Source: a bacterium UBP8_UBA817 (lineage in GTDB: Bacteria > Margulisbacteria > Marinamargulisbacteria > SXXA01 > SICP01). From it: a stretch of 64,000 nucleotides of DNA. The translations under genes were made by a program, and so were the position numbers. Where the stretch lies: assembly GCA_945898045.1 (NCBI GenBank), contig CAMDGG010000002.1:19231-83230 (forward strand), read 5' to 3'. Below, one piece after another: positions 30,829-39,589 of the stretch (within the stretch, counting starts at the first letter, position 1; each line of letters opens with the position of its first letter). The notes below the pieces were generated by a model. It was not told the origin of the DNA and ran no database searches. It saw only the letters and a list, made by a program, of their open reading frames with translations.

Positions 30829-31940
30829 AAAATCATCAAGCCACGATGAATTTTATTACCAGTCAGCGTTTCAGAAATATCACTTAATCCGGTCTTAAAA
30901 TCCATTTCTAAATACTCAAATACACTAATCGCACCTGGGCCCAACAAAGATTCAAAACGTTTCTTCACCTGACCAGAATTATCGGGATTATAAACCAAAA
31001 ATTTTCTCAAGAGCCTATCCCCAGCTGTACCTAATCCAAACAAATGTTTAAAAAATGAATCTGTTTCTGGGAGCGAAAATCCAATAACAACTATATATTC
31101 AGCTTTCCCCAATTCATCTGCAGCTTTTTTCCAAATAGTAGACAAAGAATTGTGATAACCCGACTTATTCCATGTAGGCGGAACAATAAAAGACGTAGGG
31201 CTTTGCTTCACAGAACGTTCACTAAAATTATTGGTTAATTTTTCACTAAGAATCAAAGGTCCGTTTCGTCCGATATTATCCCAACTATTAAAATCTTTTT
31301 TGGCATCACTTAAAAAATCTGCCACCTGATATACCTTCACCTCAGATTTTTGACTTACCCAATTCAAAGAACCATGAAGTTTAAATAAATTACAAAATTT
31401 AGACTTTTTAATATTTGAATCAAACCCATAATAAGGAGTTAAATCTGAATTCTGTAAAGCAATATCAAGAGCAACATCATAATTAAAAGTCAATATGGAT
31501 GATTCAAAGTTATACTTATTAAGGTTCTTTAATAATTCCACAAATCCACCGTAACTCCCAGAAGAGGAAAATACACCCGAATTATCTATAGAAAATAAAA
31601 TTGATTGTTCAAGAGTTGAGACTATAACTCTCACAAGAGAGGCTATCAGCTTCTTAATATCTTTCTGTGGATAATCTGGCAACTTGTTGATTAATTGAGA
31701 AAACTCAAAAAGAGTATAAATAGACTCAATATTATTCAAATCCAGTAGTGATTTAGAATGAATTTTTTGAAGCTTTTGGATAGCAAAAAAAACTTGTTCA
31801 AATTCTATCCTGTACTTTTCCACTTTTCCTTCTAACAATAAATCTCTAGATACATTCAAAAAATCTTTCATGAGAGGCGCACCACAATCTTGAGATGCTC
31901 CCGCACCTAAAATAAAAACTATTTTCTTAGTTGCTGACAT
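30825..31940 (-). CDS. SIR2-like (SIR2_2) domain protein, putative NADase defence effector
   Basis: VFILGAGAS, TFNYD, KLHGSLNW, IVPPTWNK, IGFSLPETD; SD AGGGGG. Confidence 0.88.
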   Translation of the reverse strand: MSATKKIVFILGAGASQDCGAPLMKDFLNVSRDLLLEGKVEKYRIEFEQVFFAIQKLQKIHSKSLLDLNNIESIYTLFEFSQLINKLPDYPQKDIKKLIASLVRVIVSTLEQSILFSIDNSGVFSSSGSYGGFVELLKNLNKYNFESSILTFNYDVALDIALQNSDLTPYYGFDSNIKKSKFCNLFKLHGSLNWVSQKSEVKVYQVADFLSDAKKDFNSWDNIGRNGPLILSEKLTNNFSERSVKQSPTSFIVPPTWNKSGYHNSLSTIWKKAADELGKAEYIVVIGFSLPETDSFFKHLFGLGTAGDRLLRKFLVYNPDNSGQVKKRFESLLGPGAISVFEYLEMDFKTGLSDISETLTGNKIHRGLMIL

Positions 31941-32307
31941 TTTTAATCCCCCCTAGCAAAAAATACGGCGAAATGAATCTGAGTAATTGTATAGCCTCAT
32001 AAGAATTAACCCGATAGCCAACGGCAATGATGGCATCAAGATTATAGAAATTGGTTTGGTAGGTTTTTCCGTCTTCGGCAGTATGCGCAAAAATTGCACT
32101 AACTGAATCTCCGCTTAATTCTTCCTCTGAAAAGATGTTTTTAAGGTGCTTTGTGATAACAGTACGATCAACGCCAAACAACTCGGCCATCTTTTTCTGA
32201 GACAACCAAATCGTTTCATCCTGAAAAACTACCTCAACCTTAACCTCTCCCTTTGGAGAGGTATACATCAAAAACTGAGATTCAACAGGCAGTAAATCTT
32301 TATCCAA
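31927..32307 (-). pseudogene. Truncated RhuM (N-terminal domain only)
   Basis: ETIWLSQKKMAELFGVDR...YNLDAIIAVGYRVNS, then homology stops (~31990). Confidence 0.8.
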
Positions 32308-32395
32308 AAAAAATTCCTTTTAACCCTTATAAATTAAATAACAGCAGAAATTATAAAGTATTAAAAGAAATTAATCTTGTCTACAAAAAACAGCC

Positions 32396-33178
32396 TTACT
32401 CTTCCTCATGAGACCCAGCTGGCACAAGCCCCGTCCCCAAAACATACGTTCCGGTTAAATAGGGATACACCAACGGGGCAAAATAGAGCGCTTTTGCTAT
32501 GCCTTCTTGATTAAATGCTTTGGGCTTACTCCCAAATCCAAACCCCACATGAAACGCTATATCAGGCACATCCGCATATTCACGTCGGTTGTGTGAAACA
32601 GGCGATCGTATATAAGACAATGTTAATTTAGTATCCAAGGTAACAAAATAAATATCGTTATCCCAAACCAGGCGCTCATAATTAAACTGTATCGTTGGCC
32701 CCCCCAAATAAAACCCCGTCAAGCCCTTTTGAAAGAAAAGGGGACGCCCTGCTATTTGTACATCGGGATGTGCATAGGCAACCCCAAGTCCAAACCTAAA
32801 CCGATCATCCCCATACCGCTTCCCAAAATTGTAATACAACAAATTATATCCATCACTAATACTTAAATAAGTCACAATATCATTGGTATTAGCCAAATAA
32901 ACTTTATGGTGAATTAATTCAAATCCCTGCCCATTTTCTCCATGCCAATCTTCTAGTCGAAAAATCCACCAGTGAGAATCTGAAAATGATTTATTTTGAT
33001 AAACTGCATTAATAGATTGATCCGGTAAATCTTCTAATTTTATTGTTAAGCGATTAGGAAGACTCATCGATCCGCCCATAAACGTAGACAAGTGCCAACC
33101 ATCTTGGTTCTCAGAAAAAACACTTCCAGAAATCAAGAAAAATAACGCCAAAATAATCCCTCGCAATTGCAACCTCAT
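32396..33178 (-). CDS. Secreted/outer-membrane beta-barrel protein, LpxQ (lipid A oxidase)-like
   Basis: Signal peptide; SF..W..R..W, GFELIHHKVY, SISDGYNLL, GLGVAYAHPDV, GPTIQ resemble the LpxQ family pattern as I recall it. Confidence 0.5.
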   Translation of the reverse strand: MRLQLRGIILALFFLISGSVFSENQDGWHLSTFMGGSMSLPNRLTIKLEDLPDQSINAVYQNKSFSDSHWWIFRLEDWHGENGQGFELIHHKVYLANTNDIVTYLSISDGYNLLYYNFGKRYGDDRFRFGLGVAYAHPDVQIAGRPLFFQKGLTGFYLGGPTIQFNYERLVWDNDIYFVTLDTKLTLSYIRSPVSHNRREYADVPDIAFHVGFGFGSKPKAFNQEGIAKALYFAPLVYPYLTGTYVLGTGLVPAGSHEEE

Positions 33179-33191
33179 ACATTACTCCTTA

Positions 33192-34055
33192 TCAAATTTT
33201 ATTAAGTTCCAGCCAACGGTCTACTTTATGTAAATACCGCGTCATTAAAAGTGAAATCCCCCGAGGTTCATTACCATTTCCATGAACCAAAACCACGCTG
33301 CCATTCTTAGGAACTTCACCCTTCGCAAGCCAGGCATCACTACCCAACGCAATTAAGTGCAAGTCACGCAACTTTACCTTTAAAATATCAGAGGAAATCA
33401 GTCCTGGAAATCGAAAAAAAACAGACGGCACAATACCTACCGCCAACATCTGCTGCTCATTTTTCAAAACCTCGTCTTCCAAGACAATACCCGAACTTCG
33501 CATAAAATCAGGCTTCACCGGATGGCTCAAAGAATGATTCACCCACGTCACACGCACTCTTCCCTCCGACGCCTGACGCTTAAGCCACACCAAATCTTCC
33601 GCATGTTGAGACAACCACACCCCAGTCACAGCTATCGCCATAGGAATAGGCGCTTCAGAACTCGGCAACTGCGTAATCACCTCCCGCACAAAAGGTTTCT
33701 TACTCGGACACAAATCCACAGTCAAAAATAATCCATTCACCGAAGACCCCGAATGCCGAACTTCACCAGAAGAAACCAATCGCATAAAACGGGACTGCGA
33801 AACACGTTTCTCAGACACTTTTTTAGACAAAAACAGATCAATCTCTGTCGCCATTTTCACCTCTGTCTCGAGAGTATCTGGCGAGACAATTAAATATTCA
33901 GGATGTCCATCTTGCTCGAACGATCTCAGCGCAATGTGAAGCTGACCATTGGCATCGTTAAATGGAATGAAGATAGGTTTATAGCTAGAAATCTGAGAAG
34001 CAAAAGAAATCCCGCAAAAGAATATAGAAATTACACAGACGCTTCTAAAAATCAT
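33192..34055 (-). CDS. Polysaccharide deacetylase-like secreted protein
   Basis: LTVDLCPS, WVNHSLSH, FFRFPGL, LVHGNGNEPRGI. Confidence 0.75.
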   Translation of the reverse strand: MIFRSVCVISIFFCGISFASQISSYKPIFIPFNDANGQLHIALRSFEQDGHPEYLIVSPDTLETEVKMATEIDLFLSKKVSEKRVSQSRFMRLVSSGEVRHSGSSVNGLFLTVDLCPSKKPFVREVITQLPSSEAPIPMAIAVTGVWLSQHAEDLVWLKRQASEGRVRVTWVNHSLSHPVKPDFMRSSGIVLEDEVLKNEQQMLAVGIVPSVFFRFPGLISSDILKVKLRDLHLIALGSDAWLAKGEVPKNGSVVLVHGNGNEPRGISLLMTRYLHKVDRWLELNKI

Positions 34056-34059
34056 CGAA

Positions 34060-35439
34060 TTACAACCGCATCATAAGCGCATCATATTCGATATGTGCTT
34101 TTTTTAATTCCAATGTGTACTTTAAGTTATCAATTTTGGCTTTTGTTAGATTCTGCTCACGAATATTCAAGATAAACATGTCGCTATCCCCATGTAGGAA
34201 TTTCTTTTGTTCTGCTACAACCATTTTTTGCGCAACTTCTATTTCTAAGTTGCTATTTTTGACGGTTTTTTCTGCCGTTAAAATACGTTCATGCACTATA
34301 GCCAAGTCTTGCTTGAGCTGATCAATAATCAGAGACGTTTTGAGCGACAGCTGTCGTTTCTTACTGTCTAGCGCATCTCGCTTTGCACCTTTTTCTCTAC
34401 GTTCGATGGGCGTTGAAATACTCAGCTTAACTTTGCCCTCATCCTGCAAACTACCACTTCCATTACCAGAATCCGAAGAATACTCATAACTTAAATCAAC
34501 CGCTGGCAAATTCTGATTTTCATACAACGCGATCTCATTTTGAAGTTGCTTTATCTGTGTGTCTAAATCAAAAAGAAAGGGATGGATATCAAGCAACTGG
34601 ACAATATCTTGCGTAGGTTGAATCGGGTAACGCAGTGCGTAATCTTGTGTATCAGGGATGGTGTAATGATTACACGACGTAACAAGTCCCTCTGGATCTC
34701 GCACATAAAGCGCTAACATGCGCTTCTGAATTTCTAAATCTCGATCTGCTTCCATTAATTGATTTTGACGTTGTAACAAATATTGCAAATTTTCAATGAG
34801 ATAAATGTCCGGCAAGTCCCCTTTTTTGACCCGCGCCTTAATGATCTCTTGGCGTTTATTGGCCAGCTCGTACAATCCAACATATTCCATTTTCAACTGA
34901 TACGCATAGATCCAAGTCCAATACTCTTTTGATGCTTTTTGCAGAACAGATTGCACAACAAAGCGCTGTTGTTGGTATTGGTTCACTAGATCTAGCTCTG
35001 CATTAGTCAAAGTGGTTCGCTTGGCATCTATCCAGCTATCACGTAGCACAGAGAGAGAAATGCCCAATCCAGTTTCTCCACGGCTTCGGGTGTTGAATTG
35101 GTCTTCATATGTCGGGAATGTCCCGCTTGATTGCCTATAGTGTCCATATACTTTTGCATTAGCAAAATAAAGTGGTTTTTCTATTGAGGCTTTGCCATAT
35201 TGACCCGTGTAATATCCTTCGGTTCGGCTGGCATTTTCGTATTTTATTTTTGTATCAAATTGTCCTGCAGCACTTTGTTGTTCGAAACGTCGTTGTTCAA
35301 TGGCTTCTGTAGCCGACAAAACGCTTGGAAAGTGTCTCATTACCGAGTCTTTCACATCCTTTTCGTATAATACAGTTTGTGCAGAAAGTGTTGAAATGCA
35401 TAGACAAACGATGATTAAAACAAAAAAAAGTGACTTCAT
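34060..35439 (-). CDS. TolC family outer-membrane protein
   Basis: Signal peptide; AAGQFDT; helical repeats; EQKKFLHGDSDMFILNIREQ. Confidence 0.9.
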   Translation of the reverse strand: MKSLFFVLIIVCLCISTLSAQTVLYEKDVKDSVMRHFPSVLSATEAIEQRRFEQQSAAGQFDTKIKYENASRTEGYYTGQYGKASIEKPLYFANAKVYGHYRQSSGTFPTYEDQFNTRSRGETGLGISLSVLRDSWIDAKRTTLTNAELDLVNQYQQQRFVVQSVLQKASKEYWTWIYAYQLKMEYVGLYELANKRQEIIKARVKKGDLPDIYLIENLQYLLQRQNQLMEADRDLEIQKRMLALYVRDPEGLVTSCNHYTIPDTQDYALRYPIQPTQDIVQLLDIHPFLFDLDTQIKQLQNEIALYENQNLPAVDLSYEYSSDSGNGSGSLQDEGKVKLSISTPIERREKGAKRDALDSKKRQLSLKTSLIIDQLKQDLAIVHERILTAEKTVKNSNLEIEVAQKMVVAEQKKFLHGDSDMFILNIREQNLTKAKIDNLKYTLELKKAHIEYDALMMRL

Positions 35440-36539
35440 TTAAATTTTATCTTTTTTTTCACAACTTCTTTGTCGTCTGAATGGTGAGAAACCTCAGGCA
35501 AGGGTGGGAAATTATTAAGTTTTCGCCAGATTTCGTATCCCGTACTAACCTGATTAAGCAATACCCAACCAGACGCCTGTGCGCCTACACGCAAATATTG
35601 GGAATCTGGCCAAGCGTTATCTTCCTTATCCGGGATAACAATAATGCGTAATTTACCGTTTTCAGAAATAAATTGATCAACAATTTTTACGACGCCTCCG
35701 AATGTATTAATAGCAGTAGACGGCCAACCGCTAAATTGAATAGCGGGCCATCCTTCAAATTGCAACCGCACTTTTCTACCAGGGTAAACCAGACGCATAT
35801 CATTTGGATCAATATACATTTCTACAGCTGGCCGAACTAAAATAGGTACAAAAGTTGCAATAGACTGCCCCTCTTTAATGCGTGCAGACAAACTACTAAA
35901 TTGAGCAATATAAATAAATCCATCTTGTGGCGCCGTAATAATCTGTGTGTTTTGCCGAGACAATTTGACTTCGGCTTGCGCTAATTTAGCCGCAGATTCG
36001 GATTGTTTTGCGCGCACTTCTTCTAATTTTATTCTGGATTCTTCGAACGTTTTTCTTGAGCTAATTCCCTCTTCAAATAATTTCTTTTGCCGATTGAAAT
36101 TGAGTTGCGCCGTTTGTGTCACAATTGCCAGCGATTCATACTGTTCACGAAAAGAATCTCTTTCCTGAAGAATACGCTCTATTAATTCCGGGTCATTATC
36201 TAGAATCTCAACAAGTTTTTGGCCTTTTTTTACAGCTTGCCCATCTATGACGTACCACTCTTTTATGCGGCCACTCACCAGAGCCGTGATTTGTGTCTGC
36301 CGCTCATTGGGACTAAAAGCAATTAAACGACCTTTCCCATAGGAAGTTTGAAACCACGGGGTTAATACCGTAAATAAGCTAAGCAACAAAAAAATGATGA
36401 GCAAATACTTAATAGATTTCATATATGGCGGGCGTTCTGTATAGTCGTTTAACAATGAGAAATAACGCAGAGTGCTCGGCTCGAATTCGATATCATGGAT
36501 ATCTGGGAATTCTGACTTATGATTGGATGTATGCATCAT
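35436..36539 (-). CDS. HlyD family membrane fusion protein
   Basis: TM helix, PWFQTSYGKG, biotinyl-lipoyl halves, coiled coil, VRLQFEGWPAIQFSGWP. Confidence 0.92.
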   Translation of the reverse strand: MMHTSNHKSEFPDIHDIEFEPSTLRYFSLLNDYTERPPYMKSIKYLLIIFLLLSLFTVLTPWFQTSYGKGRLIAFSPNERQTQITALVSGRIKEWYVIDGQAVKKGQKLVEILDNDPELIERILQERDSFREQYESLAIVTQTAQLNFNRQKKLFEEGISSRKTFEESRIKLEEVRAKQSESAAKLAQAEVKLSRQNTQIITAPQDGFIYIAQFSSLSARIKEGQSIATFVPILVRPAVEMYIDPNDMRLVYPGRKVRLQFEGWPAIQFSGWPSTAINTFGGVVKIVDQFISENGKLRIIVIPDKEDNAWPDSQYLRVGAQASGWVLLNQVSTGYEIWRKLNNFPPLPEVSHHSDDKEVVKKKIKFK

Positions 36540-38205
36540 AGGACTTCCTGTCTTCCAAGAGTTTTAATCCGGCTTGATCACATGCCATATAATGGTCAAA
36601 TAAGTAGGCATCATGATAGGTATTACTAAAGTAAATCAGGGTAATATCAGGGTTAGAGTCTAAGTGCGCAAAGAGTGCTTTGTTGTGAAGCGCCGCAAAG
36701 CTAATATGATGGTTCATCATAATGTATTTGGACTTATTGAGTATGGCTCGGCCTAACTTTAAGAGAACCAATTCTCGGTGGGTAAGAGGAGATCCATTAG
36801 AATCCAGCACCGTATCAACCCCATCTTCTAGTTGGGTAATCGTATCCATAATTCCCACTCGGGTCAGTATTTCTGTGATTTTAATCGTATCCGGATCTTC
36901 TAATCCATAAGATAGATATTCTTTGATACTCAGATTTAGAATCTCTGACTCGTCGATAATAGAAATACCTTGCCTATAATAATGGATATCGATGTCATCA
37001 AGCAGTTCATTATTAACACTAACCACACCTTTTTCCGGAGCATAGAATCCCATTAAGCTACCAATAAGAAGATTTTTATATTCTCTTTGGACTGTTGCAA
37101 TCAGTGTTCGAGATCCTTTTTTAAACGTGTGATTTATTTCTATCTCTTCATTAAAGAGAGCGAATTTAGCACCTTTATACGCTATCGTTTCTGGAACCAA
37201 AATCATGCGTCCCGTCATGTCTTGTTCTATATCAAATCGATAAAACGAGATCAATTTTTCACAAGACGCCTGTAAGTCATAAAAACTTCCCAGATAGGAA
37301 CCTGATTTTGCAAGATTTGCAAAGATAGATGAAAAAATAATTTCAGTGGCAACAAGTTGTCCCAACGACAATTGCCCATTGAGCACAAAATATCCAGAAA
37401 TAAACAATAAAATAGAGTTTCCTAAAACATATAACCCAAGAAGATAACAAATTTGTGAAAAGAGATGTTTAAAATGATTCTTTCGTGCATCGATATAATA
37501 ACCAGTAAGGGTATTCGACCGTTTGGTTGCGTAGTTTTTCATTTGTTTTGATTTAAATAAGAGATGATTTCTGCCCATATCCAACAACCAATCTGCGGTT
37601 TGATACTTTTGATCAGATTCGTCAATAGCATAGGCAATCGCTTGCTTCGAATGTCCTTTCCAGATTGCGTACAAAATGAGCAAAACAATACAATTGAAAA
37701 GTAAAAATACAGGATGATAAAACGAGGTCAGTATCACACCGGCTAAAATCTGAAGTGCCAGTGAATATCCACCGATCAGTACATAAGGAAGCGATTTATC
37801 AATTGAGATAATTTCAAAAAATTTCTGCATCAGAGTCGTTCTGTTGATGCCCTGCAATGCAGCATATTTGGCATAAACCACTCGGGTCGTCATCAACGCC
37901 ACAATGCGTGCAAAGAACCGTCTACGAAATACTTCCGCGATATATTCTTGAATGCCATACGACACCGCAGACAACGTTAAGATCACCAACAAAACAACCG
38001 ATACAGTAATAAGCCGCTGCAAGACCCCAACGTTGGCAATCGAGTTGATTAACGCCTGTATCGATAAAGGCAGTATAAGACTAAGTACCGTAACCACTGC
38101 ACCGTACACAAAAAGGAGAAAGTAATAGTTTTTTTCTGGGCCAAGAATAATACCCAGAACACTTTTATAGTTAATGAGAGATAATTTCTTCATTTTCAAA
38201 AGCAC
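36517..38205 (-). CDS. ABC transporter transmembrane protein with degenerate NBD (T1SS-like)
   Basis: ABC_membrane region (LSLGQLVATEII, SFYDL); NBD lacks canonical Walker A and signature motifs. Confidence 0.85.
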   Translation of the reverse strand: MLLKMKKLSLINYKSVLGIILGPEKNYYFLLFVYGAVVTVLSLILPLSIQALINSIANVGVLQRLITVSVVLLVILTLSAVSYGIQEYIAEVFRRRFFARIVALMTTRVVYAKYAALQGINRTTLMQKFFEIISIDKSLPYVLIGGYSLALQILAGVILTSFYHPVFLLFNCIVLLILYAIWKGHSKQAIAYAIDESDQKYQTADWLLDMGRNHLLFKSKQMKNYATKRSNTLTGYYIDARKNHFKHLFSQICYLLGLYVLGNSILLFISGYFVLNGQLSLGQLVATEIIFSSIFANLAKSGSYLGSFYDLQASCEKLISFYRFDIEQDMTGRMILVPETIAYKGAKFALFNEEIEINHTFKKGSRTLIATVQREYKNLLIGSLMGFYAPEKGVVSVNNELLDDIDIHYYRQGISIIDESEILNLSIKEYLSYGLEDPDTIKITEILTRVGIMDTITQLEDGVDTVLDSNGSPLTHRELVLLKLGRAILNKSKYIMMNHHISFAALHNKALFAHLDSNPDITLIYFSNTYHDAYLFDHYMACDQAGLKLLEDRKSYDAYIQS

Positions 38206-38262
38206 ATTCTAACAAATTCCTTTCATCTTGTGGATTCTAATTACAATTACGATATTAAAGTG

Positions 38263-38535
38263 TATTAAGTCCCTAGTAGTGGTCTACTGTATGTGAATAC
38301 CGTGTCATTAAAAGTGAAATCACACTACCCTTCTTAGGCACTTCCCCCTTCGCAAGCCAGGCATCGCTACCCAACGCAATTACTCAGCATGACCATCTTG
38401 CTCGAACGATCTTAGTGCGATGTGAAGTTGGCCATGAACATCATTAAATGAAAGAAAGATAGGTTTATAGTTAAAAATCTGATCAGAAAAAGAATATAGA
38501 AATTACACAGAAGATTCTAAAAATCATCGAATTAC
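38263..38535 (-). pseudogene. Internally deleted degenerate copy of the deacetylase gene 33192..34055
   Basis: Collinear blocks match 33200-33355 and 33905-34063 (e.g. GTCATTAAAAGTGAAATC, CCATCTTGCTCGAACGATCT, AAAATCATCGAATTAC). Confidence 0.85.
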
Positions 38536-38594
38536 TATATTAGATTCCTACAAAAAGTCATATTTTATTAATGCAAATTGAGCATTACATTAAC

Positions 38595-38650
38595 ACTCAC
38601 CCTCCAAACCTCCCTCTTTGTTTATAGAGAGGAGGATTTAGGTGGTGAGT
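38595..38650. repeat. REP-like hairpin element
   Basis: ACTCACC...CTCT TTGTTTAT AGAG...GGTGAGT, with terminal inverted repeats. Confidence 0.6.
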
Positions 38651-38764
38651 ATTAAATACACAACTCATCGCAAAAGATCTAAAAAGAAATCAATTCTACA
38701 CAGAAACTCATACAGAAATCCAAAAAGCCCCCGAATGGTTGGCGGATTTTTCGTTGGATTAAAC

Positions 38765-39421
38765 TTACCTAACCCCAATAAACTTATGCGTCTGTGCAAT
38801 CACCCTTACATCTGTCAAATATTTCGAGCACAAATCAAACGCGCGATACACATCATCCACCGTCGCTTTTTCATGGACGTTCGCAAACGGCGTCACAGGC
38901 TGCAAAACCAACGGCACTTTGCCATCAAATGAACTCAAAAACTGGGCTACAAATTCCAAATCTTTTTTGGGAAAATCTTTCATTAAAATATATTTCACAT
39001 ACACATTCGGGCGACCCCGCAAGACTTCCATAAACGCCGAAAACTCTTTCTCAAACCCTGGCTTATAATCCACCGAAAAATACGTAAATAAATCGATTAC
39101 TTCCAATAATTTATCAGGCAAGAGTCCATTGGTTTCTAAATAAAGAGGGAACGGTAAAATAGGCGCCAATTCTTTAATTGCAGAGGTGTGCAAAAGAGGT
39201 TCTCCACCCGTGATTGAAATCGAATGAATCGGCTTATCTAAAAACGGCCGAATTTGCTCCTGAACCCAAGCCAGCGACACGTTTTTGCGATCTTTGGCGA
39301 AGTCCGGTTCATCACAATAAGAACAGTGAATATTACAGCCATAAAACCGAATAAAAATTTGAGGATATCCGATCCACGGACCTTCGCCCTGAAACGAATA
39401 GAAAAGTTCTTTAACGTACAT
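38765..39421 (-). CDS. queE: 7-carboxy-7-deazaguanine synthase (radical SAM)
   Basis: ELFYSFQGEG, FIRFYGCNIHCSYCD, ITGGEPLL, LETNG, QTHKFIG. Confidence 0.93.
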   Translation of the reverse strand: MYVKELFYSFQGEGPWIGYPQIFIRFYGCNIHCSYCDEPDFAKDRKNVSLAWVQEQIRPFLDKPIHSISITGGEPLLHTSAIKELAPILPFPLYLETNGLLPDKLLEVIDLFTYFSVDYKPGFEKEFSAFMEVLRGRPNVYVKYILMKDFPKKDLEFVAQFLSSFDGKVPLVLQPVTPFANVHEKATVDDVYRAFDLCSKYLTDVRVIAQTHKFIGVR

Positions 39422-39436
39422 AGTCTGGCATCATAT

Positions 39437-39460
39437 CGAAAGATGCTGCTTAATCCAAGC
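39437..39460. repeat. 24-bp direct repeat (copy of cca 3' end; also the queE promoter)
   Basis: CGAAAGATGCTGCTTAATCCAAGC is identical to 40604-40627. Confidence 0.9.
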
Positions 39461-39589
39461 GCGCCATGTCTCAAGCACAAGAGGCCCCCCATCATTCCCT
39501 CGACAAATAAAAAAATCCAAATCATACTAAAGTAGGTTTGAATTAAATATAAATTTATATAACTGATAAATAAGCGACAGGGACTTCAC

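Noticed and set aside
28954..38700. Classical integrase-mediated island at ssrA
   Set aside because: No integrase gene and no duplicated ssrA 3' end (att) was seen; reported only as an accessory region.
38717..38760. Hairpin after queE as ncRNA or terminator
   Set aside because: Stem is imperfect and weak; not enough support to call.
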